Source of the DNA: Spirochaetia bacterium
GTDB lineage: Bacteria > Spirochaetota > Spirochaetia > DSM-2461
DNA length: 64,000 nt
Direction of reading: 5' to 3'
NCBI GenBank assembly: GCA_963668315.1
Contig: OY764216.1
Span: forward strand, 3,776,001-3,840,000
Shown here: positions 1 through 9,211 of the stretch, piece after piece
How the letters are laid out: each line of letters starts with the position of its first letter
How positions within the stretch are numbered: position 1 is the first letter of the stretch
The notes under the pieces: generated by a model
The model's database searches: none
What the model was told of the DNA's origin: nothing
Seen by the model: only the letters and a program-made list of their open reading frames with translations
Program-made: the position numbers and the translations under genes

Positions 1-240
1 TTTGAACCGGACCGCTCCCATATGCATCACAAACTGCTGAGAATGGGATTTGACGAAAGAAGGATTCTCTCTCTAGTCTGCATCTTTTCTTTTTTCTTTG
101 GAATCTGTACGGTTCTGACCTACTATCTTTCAGCCAGAAAAGGTCTCTATCTGATCTTTGCCGACTGGATTATCGGCGTGGTTTTCTTTATCATGCTTCA
201 TTATTTGCATAAACATAATATTCAAAGGAAAAAGATGTGA
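1..240 (+). CDS. WecA/TagO (MraY-family) undecaprenyl-phosphate sugar-1-phosphate transferase, 3' fragment truncated by the window edge
   Basis: Frame 1 is open from base 1 and reads FEPDRSHMHHKLL, the D-x-x-H-x-H-H motif of WecA/TagO, followed by two hydrophobic helices. Confidence 0.8.
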   Translation, partial: FEPDRSHMHHKLLRMGFDERRILSLVCIFSFFFGICTVLTYYLSARKGLYLIFADWIIGVVFFIMLHYLHKHNIQRKKM

Positions 241-1901
241 AAAAGTTTTGTCTCTTAGCAGTACTCGCTGTTATCTCGTTTAATCTGTATTCCATGGACG
301 TAAATGATCCGTCGGATATGTTATATAGGGATCTGGAATTCTGGCAGGAACAGGGTTATTACCGCCATATTCCCGATCTCAAGCCCTATTCTCCCCAGTA
401 CGTCCTATCTCTCCTTGAAATAGTACTGCAAAAAGGGAATTACAAAGATAAGGAAATCGCTCAGCTTTACTACGATCAGATAAATAAAAGCCTTACTGCC
501 AAACTGAATCTGGAATTAACCACCAATTATGCCAAAGGGGAAGTGGGGGAAACAGCGGGTACCATGGACGTGGATATCCAGGGCGAACTGTTTGACGATC
601 TCTATCTCTGGGGAGATATCTCCGCCAGCGGGGTCGTCCGCTATGAAGAACCGGACTATTATATGTACTATGATTCCGTTCCCTACGGCCAGCGCCTTAT
701 TAATAACCGCAAGGAGGACGCGGGTGAAATTGCCGGTATTGAGCTGATGGGAGGAACAACCACCATGCTCTCCTATGGAACGGAAGATCTCTACCTCAAC
801 CTGGGAATCTATCGAAGCTCCTTCGGTCCCTTCCTGAATGATGGCGTTGTCATCAGCGACGAAGCTTACCAGCAGGGCCATTACGAACTGACTTACAATC
901 ACAATAATTTTTCCTACAACATGACTATGCTCAGTCTGATAGGAACTTCCAATGAAGGCAGCTATAACTACAGCGATGATTCTTCAGATACCGATATGGA
1001 CTCCTTATACGATAAATACATGGTGCTCCACTCCTACAGCTGGGCGCCTTACCGCTGGCTGGATTTCGGCTTCTTTGAATCGGTGGTTTACGGGGAACGT
1101 TTTGAGCCTCTTTACCTCCTTCCCTTCGGTTATCTCTTTTACAGCCAGGGCTACGCCGGTTTCGCCGACAACTCCCTCATGGGGCTGAGCCTGAGAACCC
1201 TGCTGCCCCATAACATAGAGCTGAACGGTATCATCTATACGGATGATATGGATTTCAACGGCATCATCAAGGGCGACTTTGATACGAAGATGAAAATGGC
1301 CTTCGAGACGGGAGCCTCCTGGTCACCGGGAAACAGGTGGATTCATAAAATCAGTATGGATTACACGGCTGTCATGCCCTACATGTATACCCATTACGAC
1401 TGGCATTCTACCTATGTGTCCACAGATTTTAATCCGGATAATTATACTCACAACGGCGCCAATCTCGGGACGACCCTGAGTCCTAATTCGGACCGGATCA
1501 ATCTGACCGGTAGATGGCGCACTAACACAGCCTCGGAACTGACCCTTTTCGGCAACTGGATGCGCCACGGCAACGCTTCGGAATCCACCGGAGCATCGGA
1601 AAATGCCGACGGGACCATTTATGATAACGGAATAGATTCATCGGGCGAACTATACTTCCAGGACAGCCTCCCCTTCCTGACCCAGGATACCCTGGAAAAG
1701 GTTCTCCAGTTCGGTTTCGAATACACCACAACTTTAGATATGCCCTTTCAGGACGACGTGCGCTATTACGGCATGGAAATGTCTCTGGGTTACACCCATG
1801 AATGGATCTGGAACTCCGGAAGAGACTCCAGCACGGGACCGGTGGAAGGAAACGACGAAAACAACAGTTACTTCAACATCAGTTTCCGCGTTTTCCTGTA
1901 A
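237..1901 (+). CDS. Wzi-like (capsule assembly) outer-membrane protein, paralogue 1
   Basis: Signal peptide, Tyr/Asp/Gly-rich beta pattern, KYMVLH...FGFFESVVYG...YLLPF...DNSLMG block typical of Wzi-like barrels, C-terminal aromatic strand, glycan-locus context. Confidence 0.6.
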   Translation: MKKFCLLAVLAVISFNLYSMDVNDPSDMLYRDLEFWQEQGYYRHIPDLKPYSPQYVLSLLEIVLQKGNYKDKEIAQLYYDQINKSLTAKLNLELTTNYAKGEVGETAGTMDVDIQGELFDDLYLWGDISASGVVRYEEPDYYMYYDSVPYGQRLINNRKEDAGEIAGIELMGGTTTMLSYGTEDLYLNLGIYRSSFGPFLNDGVVISDEAYQQGHYELTYNHNNFSYNMTMLSLIGTSNEGSYNYSDDSSDTDMDSLYDKYMVLHSYSWAPYRWLDFGFFESVVYGERFEPLYLLPFGYLFYSQGYAGFADNSLMGLSLRTLLPHNIELNGIIYTDDMDFNGIIKGDFDTKMKMAFETGASWSPGNRWIHKISMDYTAVMPYMYTHYDWHSTYVSTDFNPDNYTHNGANLGTTLSPNSDRINLTGRWRTNTASELTLFGNWMRHGNASESTGASENADGTIYDNGIDSSGELYFQDSLPFLTQDTLEKVLQFGFEYTTTLDMPFQDDVRYYGMEMSLGYTHEWIWNSGRDSSTGPVEGNDENNSYFNISFRVFL

Positions 1902-1903
1902 GC

Positions 1904-3283
1904 CTAATAGGCATTCTCATGGATAAAGCCTCGGAAAAGGGTGAGAAAAAGAATCTTGAAATCCAGCCAGATAGACCAGTCGTTTATGTAGCGGATATCG
2001 TATTCCACCCTTTTATAGAGGCTCGTGTCCCCTCTCCAGCCGTTGACCTGGGCCCAGCCGGTCAGTCCCCCTTTCACCTTGTGGCGGATCATATAGCCGG
2101 GGATTTCTTCCCTGAATTTTTCAATGAGCTCCGGCCTCTCCGGCCTGGGGCCCACCAGACTCATCTCCCCTTTGAGGATATTCAAAAACTGAGGGATTTC
2201 ATCAAGGCTTAAGCGCCGCATGATTTTTCCGAATCGGGTCGCCCTGGTATCTTCTCTGGTTACCCAGACCGCACCCGTCTCCTCCTCTGCCCCAACGGGC
2301 ATGGAGCGGAACTTGTACATGGTGAAAATCTTCCCTCCCCGGGTCATTCTCTGCTGTTTATAGATGACGGGCCCCTCGGAAGTCAGCTTGATGATGACGG
2401 GGCAAATCAGGAACAGAGGGGAGAAAAAGACAAAACCGGCCAGAGACCCGAGAATATCCAGACTTCTCTTGATAAGCCTGTCGGTCATGTCGAACTTTGT
2501 TTTATTCTGGTGGAACAGGGTAAGAGTATCCAGATTGTCTACGGTCGTATTGAGGAAGTTATACTGCTTGTCGGACAGGACGATTATGGGGACGAGGAGA
2601 TTATAGATTTCCCTTTGATATTCAAAGCGGGGAACGCCGCTGTCCTCTCCCGCGCAGACGACGAGCGTGTCAACTTTATGGGATTTGAGATAGACACTCA
2701 AATCTTCCTTGACTTCGGGTATGGAGGCGGGATGATTCTCCGGAGGGTGGTACCATCCGATAGGCTTTATGCCCAGGGAAGGCTGACTGCTGATATGATG
2801 CAGGTAGGTGTCCATCTCTTTTCCCTGGCCGATCAGCAGGACGGAAGTCTTATTAAAACCTTTTATCCGATAATGGAGAATAAGGTTGTTGAGAAAGATT
2901 CTCCCCACCGTCAGGAAAAAAACCAGCATGAGAAGGAATATGATCATGGAGAGGCGGGAGAAAATAAAATACCGTACAAAGAAAAATACCAGCACGCTGC
3001 CCATAAAGGACTGGAAAGCCGATTTGATGACGATGTACATCTCTTTCGTCCACTGGGTATAACGATTGAGGGAGTACAGCTTGTTGGAATGGAAAAAATA
3101 GAAATTCAAAACCAGAATAAAGGGAGCGCAGAAAAGAATATCCGCCAGATGCTCCCCGTAATCGGCCTGTTCCAGAATGCGGAACCTGATGTATGTGGAA
3201 CCGAACCAGGCAGCCAGCGCCATGACGGAATCCATTGATAAACGTAATGCATAGACCAGCTTTCTAGACTCACCCGTATCCAT
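1904..3283 (-). CDS. wcaJ: Undecaprenyl-phosphate glucose phosphotransferase (WcaJ/WbaP family priming glycosyltransferase)
   Basis: Four N-terminal TM helices, a CoA-binding-like domain (LLIGQG), and the C-terminal catalytic motifs KRSLD, YKFRSM, LDEIPQFLNILKGEMSLVGPRPE and GLTGWAQVNG. Confidence 0.88.
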   Translation of the reverse strand: MDTGESRKLVYALRLSMDSVMALAAWFGSTYIRFRILEQADYGEHLADILFCAPFILVLNFYFFHSNKLYSLNRYTQWTKEMYIVIKSAFQSFMGSVLVFFFVRYFIFSRLSMIIFLLMLVFFLTVGRIFLNNLILHYRIKGFNKTSVLLIGQGKEMDTYLHHISSQPSLGIKPIGWYHPPENHPASIPEVKEDLSVYLKSHKVDTLVVCAGEDSGVPRFEYQREIYNLLVPIIVLSDKQYNFLNTTVDNLDTLTLFHQNKTKFDMTDRLIKRSLDILGSLAGFVFFSPLFLICPVIIKLTSEGPVIYKQQRMTRGGKIFTMYKFRSMPVGAEEETGAVWVTREDTRATRFGKIMRRLSLDEIPQFLNILKGEMSLVGPRPERPELIEKFREEIPGYMIRHKVKGGLTGWAQVNGWRGDTSLYKRVEYDIRYINDWSIWLDFKILFLTLFRGFIHENAY

Positions 3284-3319
3284 GATTTACATTATAGTGT
3301 CTTTCGTATTTTTTGTGAA
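3284..3319 (-). promoter_or_regulatory. Sigma70-type promoter, probably leaderless, for wcaJ
   Basis: Minus strand reads TTCACA-N17-TATAAT-N7-ATG with no Shine-Dalgarno. Confidence 0.65.
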
Positions 3320-3327
3320 CATTTTTC

Positions 3328-4977
3328 TCAATAGGATAATTTGCTATTTACACTTATATAGTGATTAATTTCGTTATTCCCCTCCACGGGAGCAAAACCA
3401 TTGGCACTATACCGCCCGGAGTTCCAGATCCTTTCGAAGGTATAGCCTCCCCCGATTTCCCAGGCCATTCCCCGATTTCTGAAATCCCAGGGAAGCTCCA
3501 GGACAGTTTGCACCTCAAATCCCAACTGAAGGACTTTCTCCAGCACGTCCTGAGTCAGAAACTCGTTCTCCGTGGCGAAATCGGGATTTCCCGAACTGTC
3601 AAAGCCGTTATCCCAGAGAGACCCGTCGGTAATGGGGTATGTTCCTCCCACATTTTCCGAAGAAGCGTTTCCGTGACGAATCCAGTTGCCTTTAAGAGTC
3701 AATTCCGTTTTGGGCGTCAGCCGCCAGCGGGAAGAGAGACTGATCCTGTCCGAATTGGGACTGAGGGAAACTCCCAGATTCTCCCCGGCATGGGAGTAAT
3801 TGCTGGTATTCATGCTGCTATAGACGGAACTTTCCGTATAAGCACTTTCCACTCCATGGGTATACATGTAGGGAAAGACAGCCGTATAATCCAGACTGAT
3901 CCTGTCCAGCCAGCTTTCGGCGGGCGTCCAGGAGAATCCCGTTTCGAAGGCAATCTTGATCTTCGTATCGAAATCGAGCTTCACCAGTTCGTTAAATCCC
4001 AGATCATCGATATAGAGAATACCGTTATACTCTACATTGCCCGGCATGAAGGAGCGTAGCTTCAAACCGATGAGGGAATTATCGTCAAACCCCGTTAATC
4101 CCTGGCTGTAGAAGAGATAGGAAAAGGGCATCAGATAAAGGGGCTCCAGCCGGTCCCCGTACACGACGGATTCGAAAAAACCGATATCCAGCCAGCGGCG
4201 GGGAGCCCAGTTATAGGAGTGGAGGGCCATATATTTATCAGAATAGTTTCCCTCTCCCTCATAATCGGAGCCGAACAGTTCCAGAAAAAGCATGGTATAG
4301 GAGAAATCGTCCTCCCGCCAGGTCAGTTCAAAGTGACCCTGGACTTTCGCCTCGCTGCTTATGACGACGCTGTCCCCCCAGTAGGGTCCGAAGGATCCGC
4401 GGGAAATCCCTATATTGGTATAAAAATGCTCCGTTCCCAGGGAAAACATCCCCGTGCTGGCCTGGAGAAGAGCCATGTTGCCGATAACCGATATATCCTG
4501 CACCACATTGCTGTCCGATCTCTCTCCGTAGGGTAACGAGGGATCGTACATATAGTAGGAGATCTCCTCCTGCTCCACCAGGCCGTTGGCACTTACCTGG
4601 CCCCAGACAGAAAGGTTATCCCTTATCATGCCGCGGAGGAAAAAATTGGCCGTGCCCGTCGTGACGGCAAGCCCTTCCCTTCCGTAACCGGAATCCAATT
4701 CCAGCTCTCCTTCCACACGGAGGCCCCGGTCTATATCATCGTAGTAGGATTCTGCCAGAGCGGCCTGATCAGCTCTCCCTTTAAGCATGACTTTTTTGAG
4801 GAGAGAGAGGATGAGCTGTGCCGAATAGGGCCTGACCTCGGGAAGATGGCGGTAATAACCCAGTTCCTGCCAATATTCGAGATCGCGGTAAAGATTATCT
4901 GCCGGATCATTTATATCAAGCGCCGGCAGGGTAAGCACCGCCGTCAGAAAAAACAGTATAAGCAAGGTTAAACGCAT
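3328..4977 (-). CDS. Wzi-like outer-membrane protein, paralogue 2
   Basis: Collinear similarity to 237..1901 (DxNDPxDxLYRDLExWQExGYYRH, GFFESVVYG, YTAVxPYMYTH, LSPNSDRI), signal peptide, C-terminal Tyr. Confidence 0.6.
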   Translation of the reverse strand: MRLTLLILFFLTAVLTLPALDINDPADNLYRDLEYWQELGYYRHLPEVRPYSAQLILSLLKKVMLKGRADQAALAESYYDDIDRGLRVEGELELDSGYGREGLAVTTGTANFFLRGMIRDNLSVWGQVSANGLVEQEEISYYMYDPSLPYGERSDSNVVQDISVIGNMALLQASTGMFSLGTEHFYTNIGISRGSFGPYWGDSVVISSEAKVQGHFELTWREDDFSYTMLFLELFGSDYEGEGNYSDKYMALHSYNWAPRRWLDIGFFESVVYGDRLEPLYLMPFSYLFYSQGLTGFDDNSLIGLKLRSFMPGNVEYNGILYIDDLGFNELVKLDFDTKIKIAFETGFSWTPAESWLDRISLDYTAVFPYMYTHGVESAYTESSVYSSMNTSNYSHAGENLGVSLSPNSDRISLSSRWRLTPKTELTLKGNWIRHGNASSENVGGTYPITDGSLWDNGFDSSGNPDFATENEFLTQDVLEKVLQLGFEVQTVLELPWDFRNRGMAWEIGGGYTFERIWNSGRYSANGFAPVEGNNEINHYISVNSKLSY

Positions 4978-6068
4978 TATTTTGGGCTCCTTTCTTTCCA
5001 GAGGGACAATACGGTCCTCAGGACCTGTCCTGATTCAATCGTATCCAGGGAATGGGAATCTTTTCTGTCATATTCAAACCCCAGATGCAGACAGCCGGCG
5101 CTGGCCGTTCGGGCGGTAAAATTGACCTGTTCCCGGCACACCGGTCCCCAGCGCTTGACGGACGTGGGGCCGTGAAGGGCTACGACAGCCTGTCCATAGG
5201 CGGCGGCCATATGCATGATTCCCGTATTGACGCTCACAACCAGGCAGGCTTTCCTTAAGAGTTCTCCCGTTTCGGGAAGGCTGGTCTTCCCGGCCAGATT
5301 CTTAATCCATTCCCGATTACTGCATTGCGCGGTTATCCGTTCTGCCGAGGCGGCGTCGACCGGTCCTCCCGTTAACACCACGGGACAGCCGGCATTGGTC
5401 AGACCGTTGAGAAGAGAAACCCAGTGACTGTCGCTCCACTCTTTGTAACGGGCTTTAAAGCCGCTGGGAAACATGTGAACGACCACATAGGGATATGTCT
5501 TATCAATCTCCGCCTTCCCCAGGAAGGGCACCGATTCTGACCGGACTCCCAAAGGCTGGACAAGCCGGCGAAGGTTGTCCAGCTCATGACAATCGTTCCG
5601 ATGATCCACAGGAATATGATAAACATAGTGTCTATACTGCTTCAACGAACGAAAACCGATTCGGCATCTGCTGCGGGAGGAGAAGGCCAGCAGGCTGTTA
5701 AGCCGGGGCCAGGGGCCGCAGTCGAGGAAAACATCATACTTCTCCCGGCGGATAATTCGGACGGCCTTAAAGGGATTCTTAACGGGAATTTCCACCAGAG
5801 TCATGCCCGTCACAGACATTTCCAGTATCTTTCGAATGGCGGATCCGCAGAAAAGAGTATATTCCGTCTCCGGACGGGCCTTTCTCAGGTCATTCAATAC
5901 GGCGGAAAGGAGCAGGGAATCACCGATGGCGGCGGTAGCCAGAATCCCCATACGCTCCACCCTTTCGGGCACGGGGCGGCGGGTAACGGTCAATCCTGCC
6001 AGAAAAACCAGGGGGATTCCCAGAAATCGGTCCGCATGGCGCAGAAGAACATTCCCCCTGTCACCCAC
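4977..6068 (-). CDS. Glycosyltransferase family 9 (ADP-heptose heptosyltransferase-like)
   Basis: AIGDSLL, KEW, NLAGKTSL and VSVNTGIMHMAAAYG...VALHGPTS..RWGP motifs of WaaC/WaaF-type enzymes; lies directly downstream of hldE. Confidence 0.85.
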   Translation of the reverse strand: MGDRGNVLLRHADRFLGIPLVFLAGLTVTRRPVPERVERMGILATAAIGDSLLLSAVLNDLRKARPETEYTLFCGSAIRKILEMSVTGMTLVEIPVKNPFKAVRIIRREKYDVFLDCGPWPRLNSLLAFSSRSRCRIGFRSLKQYRHYVYHIPVDHRNDCHELDNLRRLVQPLGVRSESVPFLGKAEIDKTYPYVVVHMFPSGFKARYKEWSDSHWVSLLNGLTNAGCPVVLTGGPVDAASAERITAQCSNREWIKNLAGKTSLPETGELLRKACLVVSVNTGIMHMAAAYGQAVVALHGPTSVKRWGPVCREQVNFTARTASAGCLHLGFEYDRKDSHSLDTIESGQVLRTVLSLWKERSPK

Positions 6069-7464
6069 GGAATTTCCGTATCCTTTCCATCAATCCCGTT
6101 GAGGAGTAACCGTCCACAAAGGGTATGGTGAGGGTATGTCCGGCGAATTCCCTGCCGACGATCTCATCGATTCCATAGTCGCCCCCCTTTACCAGGATAT
6201 CCGGCTTTATCCTTTCGATCAGATCATAGGGCGTATCTTCCTCAAAAAGAATAACCTCATCCACAAAAGCCAGGGATTCGAGCATGATCCGCCGGCAATT
6301 CTGATCATTAATCGGCCTGTCCGGGCCTTTCAGGCGCTGCACCGAATCATCGGAATTCAAACCGATCACAAGGAAATCGCCCAGTTCGCGGGCCTTCTTC
6401 AGATAATCCATATGGCCCGGATGAAGAAGATCAAAGCAGCCGTTGGTAAAAACAATTCTCATTCCCCTGTCCCGGGCCGTTTCCCAATGGCTCCGGGGTC
6501 GGACGGCAAGACTCCGGCAGAGCAGCTCCTTCGAGATCGGATGGGTTCCCAGAAATCCGACGACAATCCCTGCCGCCCGGTTGGCGGCGGCGACCGCGTC
6601 TTCCACGGCAAACCCGTCGGCCATGAACCTGAGAAGGGCGGCGGCGACCGTATCACCCGCTCCGGACACATCAAATACTTCCCGGGCCCGGGTGGAAATA
6701 TGACGGGTTCCCTTCTTATCAACCAGGGTCATACCATTGTCGCTCCGGGTAACCACGATACGCTCGAGATCAAACCTTTCCAGCAGCTCCCGGGCTCCCC
6801 GACCTATGTCTCCGTCTTCGTTCGGTACCCTTTTCCCCAGAGCGTCGCCCAGCTCTTTGACATTAGGCGTGATGAGAGAGGCGCCCCTGTACTTTTCCCA
6901 TTCCGAACCTTTGGGATCGACGACGACGGGAATTCCTCTTTTCCTCCCTTCCCCTATGATCGTTTCGCATAGTTCGGACGAACAGGTGCCTTTGTCGTAA
7001 TCGGATATGAGGATACCGTCCAGGCGGGAAAAATCGATTTCCCCGAGCTTTCCCATTAATCGGACCCTCTCTTCAACCGACAGGGAGCCGCTCTGTTCAT
7101 CATCTACCCGGACAATCTGCTGCCTGGCGGAGGTGATTCTTGTTTTGGTGATGGTATTTCTCTCCCAGATAACTCCAGCCAAGGTAATTCGGTCCCGGTC
7201 GAATAACTCTTTCAGCACTCTGCCCGGCTCATCGTCTCCGGTAAATCCCAGAAGCGTAACGGAGCCGTTCAGTCCGGAAAGATTCAGAGCCACATTTCCC
7301 GCTCCTCCCGGTTTATTCTCCCTTTCCGAAACGGTCAATACGGGAACGGGGGCCTCAGGGCTGATCCTCCTGATATCCCCCCGGACATAGCGATCGAGCA
7401 TCAGGTCCCCCGCCACGAGGAATTGCCGTCTGATTTCCAGAGCCGATTCGATTTTCTCAAGCAT
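6061..7464 (-). CDS. hldE: Bifunctional heptose-7-phosphate kinase / heptose-1-phosphate adenylyltransferase
   Basis: GDLMLDRY, RISPEAPVPV, GGAGNVA and DVSGAGDT (kinase) plus FTNGCFDLLHPGH and LVKGGDY (nucleotidyltransferase). Start moved to the ATG at 7464, which overlaps the gmhA stop. Confidence 0.93.
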   Translation of the reverse strand: MLEKIESALEIRRQFLVAGDLMLDRYVRGDIRRISPEAPVPVLTVSERENKPGGAGNVALNLSGLNGSVTLLGFTGDDEPGRVLKELFDRDRITLAGVIWERNTITKTRITSARQQIVRVDDEQSGSLSVEERVRLMGKLGEIDFSRLDGILISDYDKGTCSSELCETIIGEGRKRGIPVVVDPKGSEWEKYRGASLITPNVKELGDALGKRVPNEDGDIGRGARELLERFDLERIVVTRSDNGMTLVDKKGTRHISTRAREVFDVSGAGDTVAAALLRFMADGFAVEDAVAAANRAAGIVVGFLGTHPISKELLCRSLAVRPRSHWETARDRGMRIVFTNGCFDLLHPGHMDYLKKARELGDFLVIGLNSDDSVQRLKGPDRPINDQNCRRIMLESLAFVDEVILFEEDTPYDLIERIKPDILVKGGDYGIDEIVGREFAGHTLTIPFVDGYSSTGLMERIRKFRG

Positions 7465-8047
7465 CGGGAAACATCTCCCTCTCCACGAGTTCACAGATGA
7501 TGTGACCCGCCAGGATATGGCCTTCCTGGATACGGGGCGTATCCGATTCGGGTATTTTGATAAGGATATCACAGTAAGCGGCCATGGCTCCGCCTTCTTT
7601 CCCGGTTAACCCGATCGTATGAATACCCATGGACCGGGCTTTTCTCACGGCATTGACAATGTTGAGGGAGTTCCCGCTTGTGGAAAGACCGATGAAAACA
7701 TCCCCCTCCTTCCCTTTACCCTCCAGAATCCGGGCGAAAAGGTTCTCATAGCCGTAATCGTTGGAAATCGCCGTCAGGGAAGAGCTGTTAACTGTCAGGG
7801 CCTCGGCGCTCAGGGATCGGCGGTCCAGATAGAATCGCCCGACCAGTTCGCAGGCCAGATGCTGGGCGTCGGCGGCGCTCCCCCCGTTCCCCGCGAGAAA
7901 CAACCGGCCCCTCTCCTCCCGGTAGCTGTTCAAAATCATCTCGACGCTGCTGTTTATTCCTTCGATTACATCGGCAGATTTGAGCATGTTTTCCTTGACG
8001 GACAACGCCTGCTCCAGCCGCTCTTTAATGGTAGCTTCATATTTCAT
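7457..8047 (-). CDS. gmhA: Sedoheptulose-7-phosphate isomerase
   Basis: GNGGSAADAQH, NDYGY, STSGNS and TPRIQEGH motifs. Confidence 0.95.
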   Translation of the reverse strand: MKYEATIKERLEQALSVKENMLKSADVIEGINSSVEMILNSYREERGRLFLAGNGGSAADAQHLACELVGRFYLDRRSLSAEALTVNSSSLTAISNDYGYENLFARILEGKGKEGDVFIGLSTSGNSLNIVNAVRKARSMGIHTIGLTGKEGGAMAAYCDILIKIPESDTPRIQEGHILAGHIICELVEREMFPDA

Positions 8048-8579
8048 TTCTAATCACCTGAAAGAGAGAGTCAAAACTATCGTATGTCATTTCCGGTTTC
8101 CCCGCCGTATATTTACTGCTTATGATCAGCGAACGTAAACCGGGATACTCTATAATATCGCTGATTTTATCGCCGATCATAAAGGATTTCTCCATATCGA
8201 GGGAAAAATCGGCCCTAGCTTTTACAAACATTCCCGGACAGGGCTTCCTGTCCTCCGAATCTCTGTTATAGGGTGCAACGGTTCCCTCCTTCAAATAGGG
8301 ACAGTAGTAAACACCGTCTATGAAAACACGCCTCTTTTCCAGTTCCCCTCTCAAGAGATCCTGGAAAGCCTCGTACTGGGAGACGGTAAAAAGGCCCCGG
8401 GCGATTCCCGATTGATTCGTCATAATAATGAGCTTGAACCCGTGCGACTGAGCCCAGAGAAGATGGGGGATGATCTCTTCCCTTATGTGGAGATCTTTCT
8501 TTTGATGGGGATAGGATACATCTTCTATGATAACTCCGTCCCTGTCCAGGAACAAAGCCTTATTACCGGTTTTACTCAT
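8037..8579 (-). CDS. gmhB: D-glycero-D-manno-heptose 1,7-bisphosphate phosphatase (HAD IIIA)
   Basis: FLDRDGVI, TNQSGIARG, RKPxPGM and MIGDKISD motifs; likely start is the ATG at 8579. Confidence 0.88.
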   Translation of the reverse strand: MSKTGNKALFLDRDGVIIEDVSYPHQKKDLHIREEIIPHLLWAQSHGFKLIIMTNQSGIARGLFTVSQYEAFQDLLRGELEKRRVFIDGVYYCPYLKEGTVAPYNRDSEDRKPCPGMFVKARADFSLDMEKSFMIGDKISDIIEYPGLRSLIISSKYTAGKPEMTYDSFDSLFQVIRNEI

Positions 8580-8641
8580 CTGAAATCCAGTATAAAGCAT
8601 TAAGAAAACAGACACAACCGATTTACGTTTATGGATATTTA

Positions 8642-9211
8642 TTAAAGATTTTTTATGATCTGAAGAACGGCCCGGGGAAGGAGTTTGTGCTCTTCTTCCA
8701 GCACACGTTCCGCCAGAGTCAGCGCCGTATCCCCTCTCAGAACGGGAACTTTGGCCTGCATGACAATCTCCCCCTTGTCCACGCCCTCTCCCAGAAAGTG
8801 AACGGTGCAGCCGGACTCTGTCTCTCCCGCCGCGAGTACGGCCTCATGGACATGACGGCCGTACATACCCTTTCCGCCGTATTTAGGCAGAAGGGCGGGA
8901 TGAATATTTATCATTCTGCCCCGCCAGGCGGCGCTGAACTCTTCGGTAAAAATAGAGAGGTAACCGGCCAGGACGATCAGATCGATCCCGTAGGCCTCCA
9001 TGGCTGTCTGAATCTCTTCGGAAAGCCTTTTGCTTCCCAGCTTCTTCCGGCTGAATTCGAGAGTATCGATAATACCGGCGTCTCTGGCCCGCTTCAATGC
9101 GGGCGCGGGACGATCGGCCACCACCAGGGCAATATGCTTCCGCACATCCGAATCGATGAGAGCCTGAAGATTGCTCCCCCCTCCGGATACGCAGACAGCT
9201 ATACGAGGCAT
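8642..9211 (-). CDS. purN: Phosphoribosylglycinamide formyltransferase
   Basis: SGGGSNLQA, LAGY, NIHPALLP and GCTVH motifs. Confidence 0.95.
   Translation of the reverse strand: MPRIAVCVSGGGSNLQALIDSDVRKHIALVVADRPAPALKRARDAGIIDTLEFSRKKLGSKRLSEEIQTAMEAYGIDLIVLAGYLSIFTEEFSAAWRGRMINIHPALLPKYGGKGMYGRHVHEAVLAAGETESGCTVHFLGEGVDKGEIVMQAKVPVLRGDTALTLAERVLEEEHKLLPRAVLQIIKNL

Noticed and set aside
7465..7572. N-terminal extensions in the ORF track for hldE (also pgk, the LacI, the second SGNH and the 25892 gene)
   Set aside because: Downstream ATGs with SD sequences or stop-start coupling fit better, and most extensions overlap upstream genes; no frameshift is needed.
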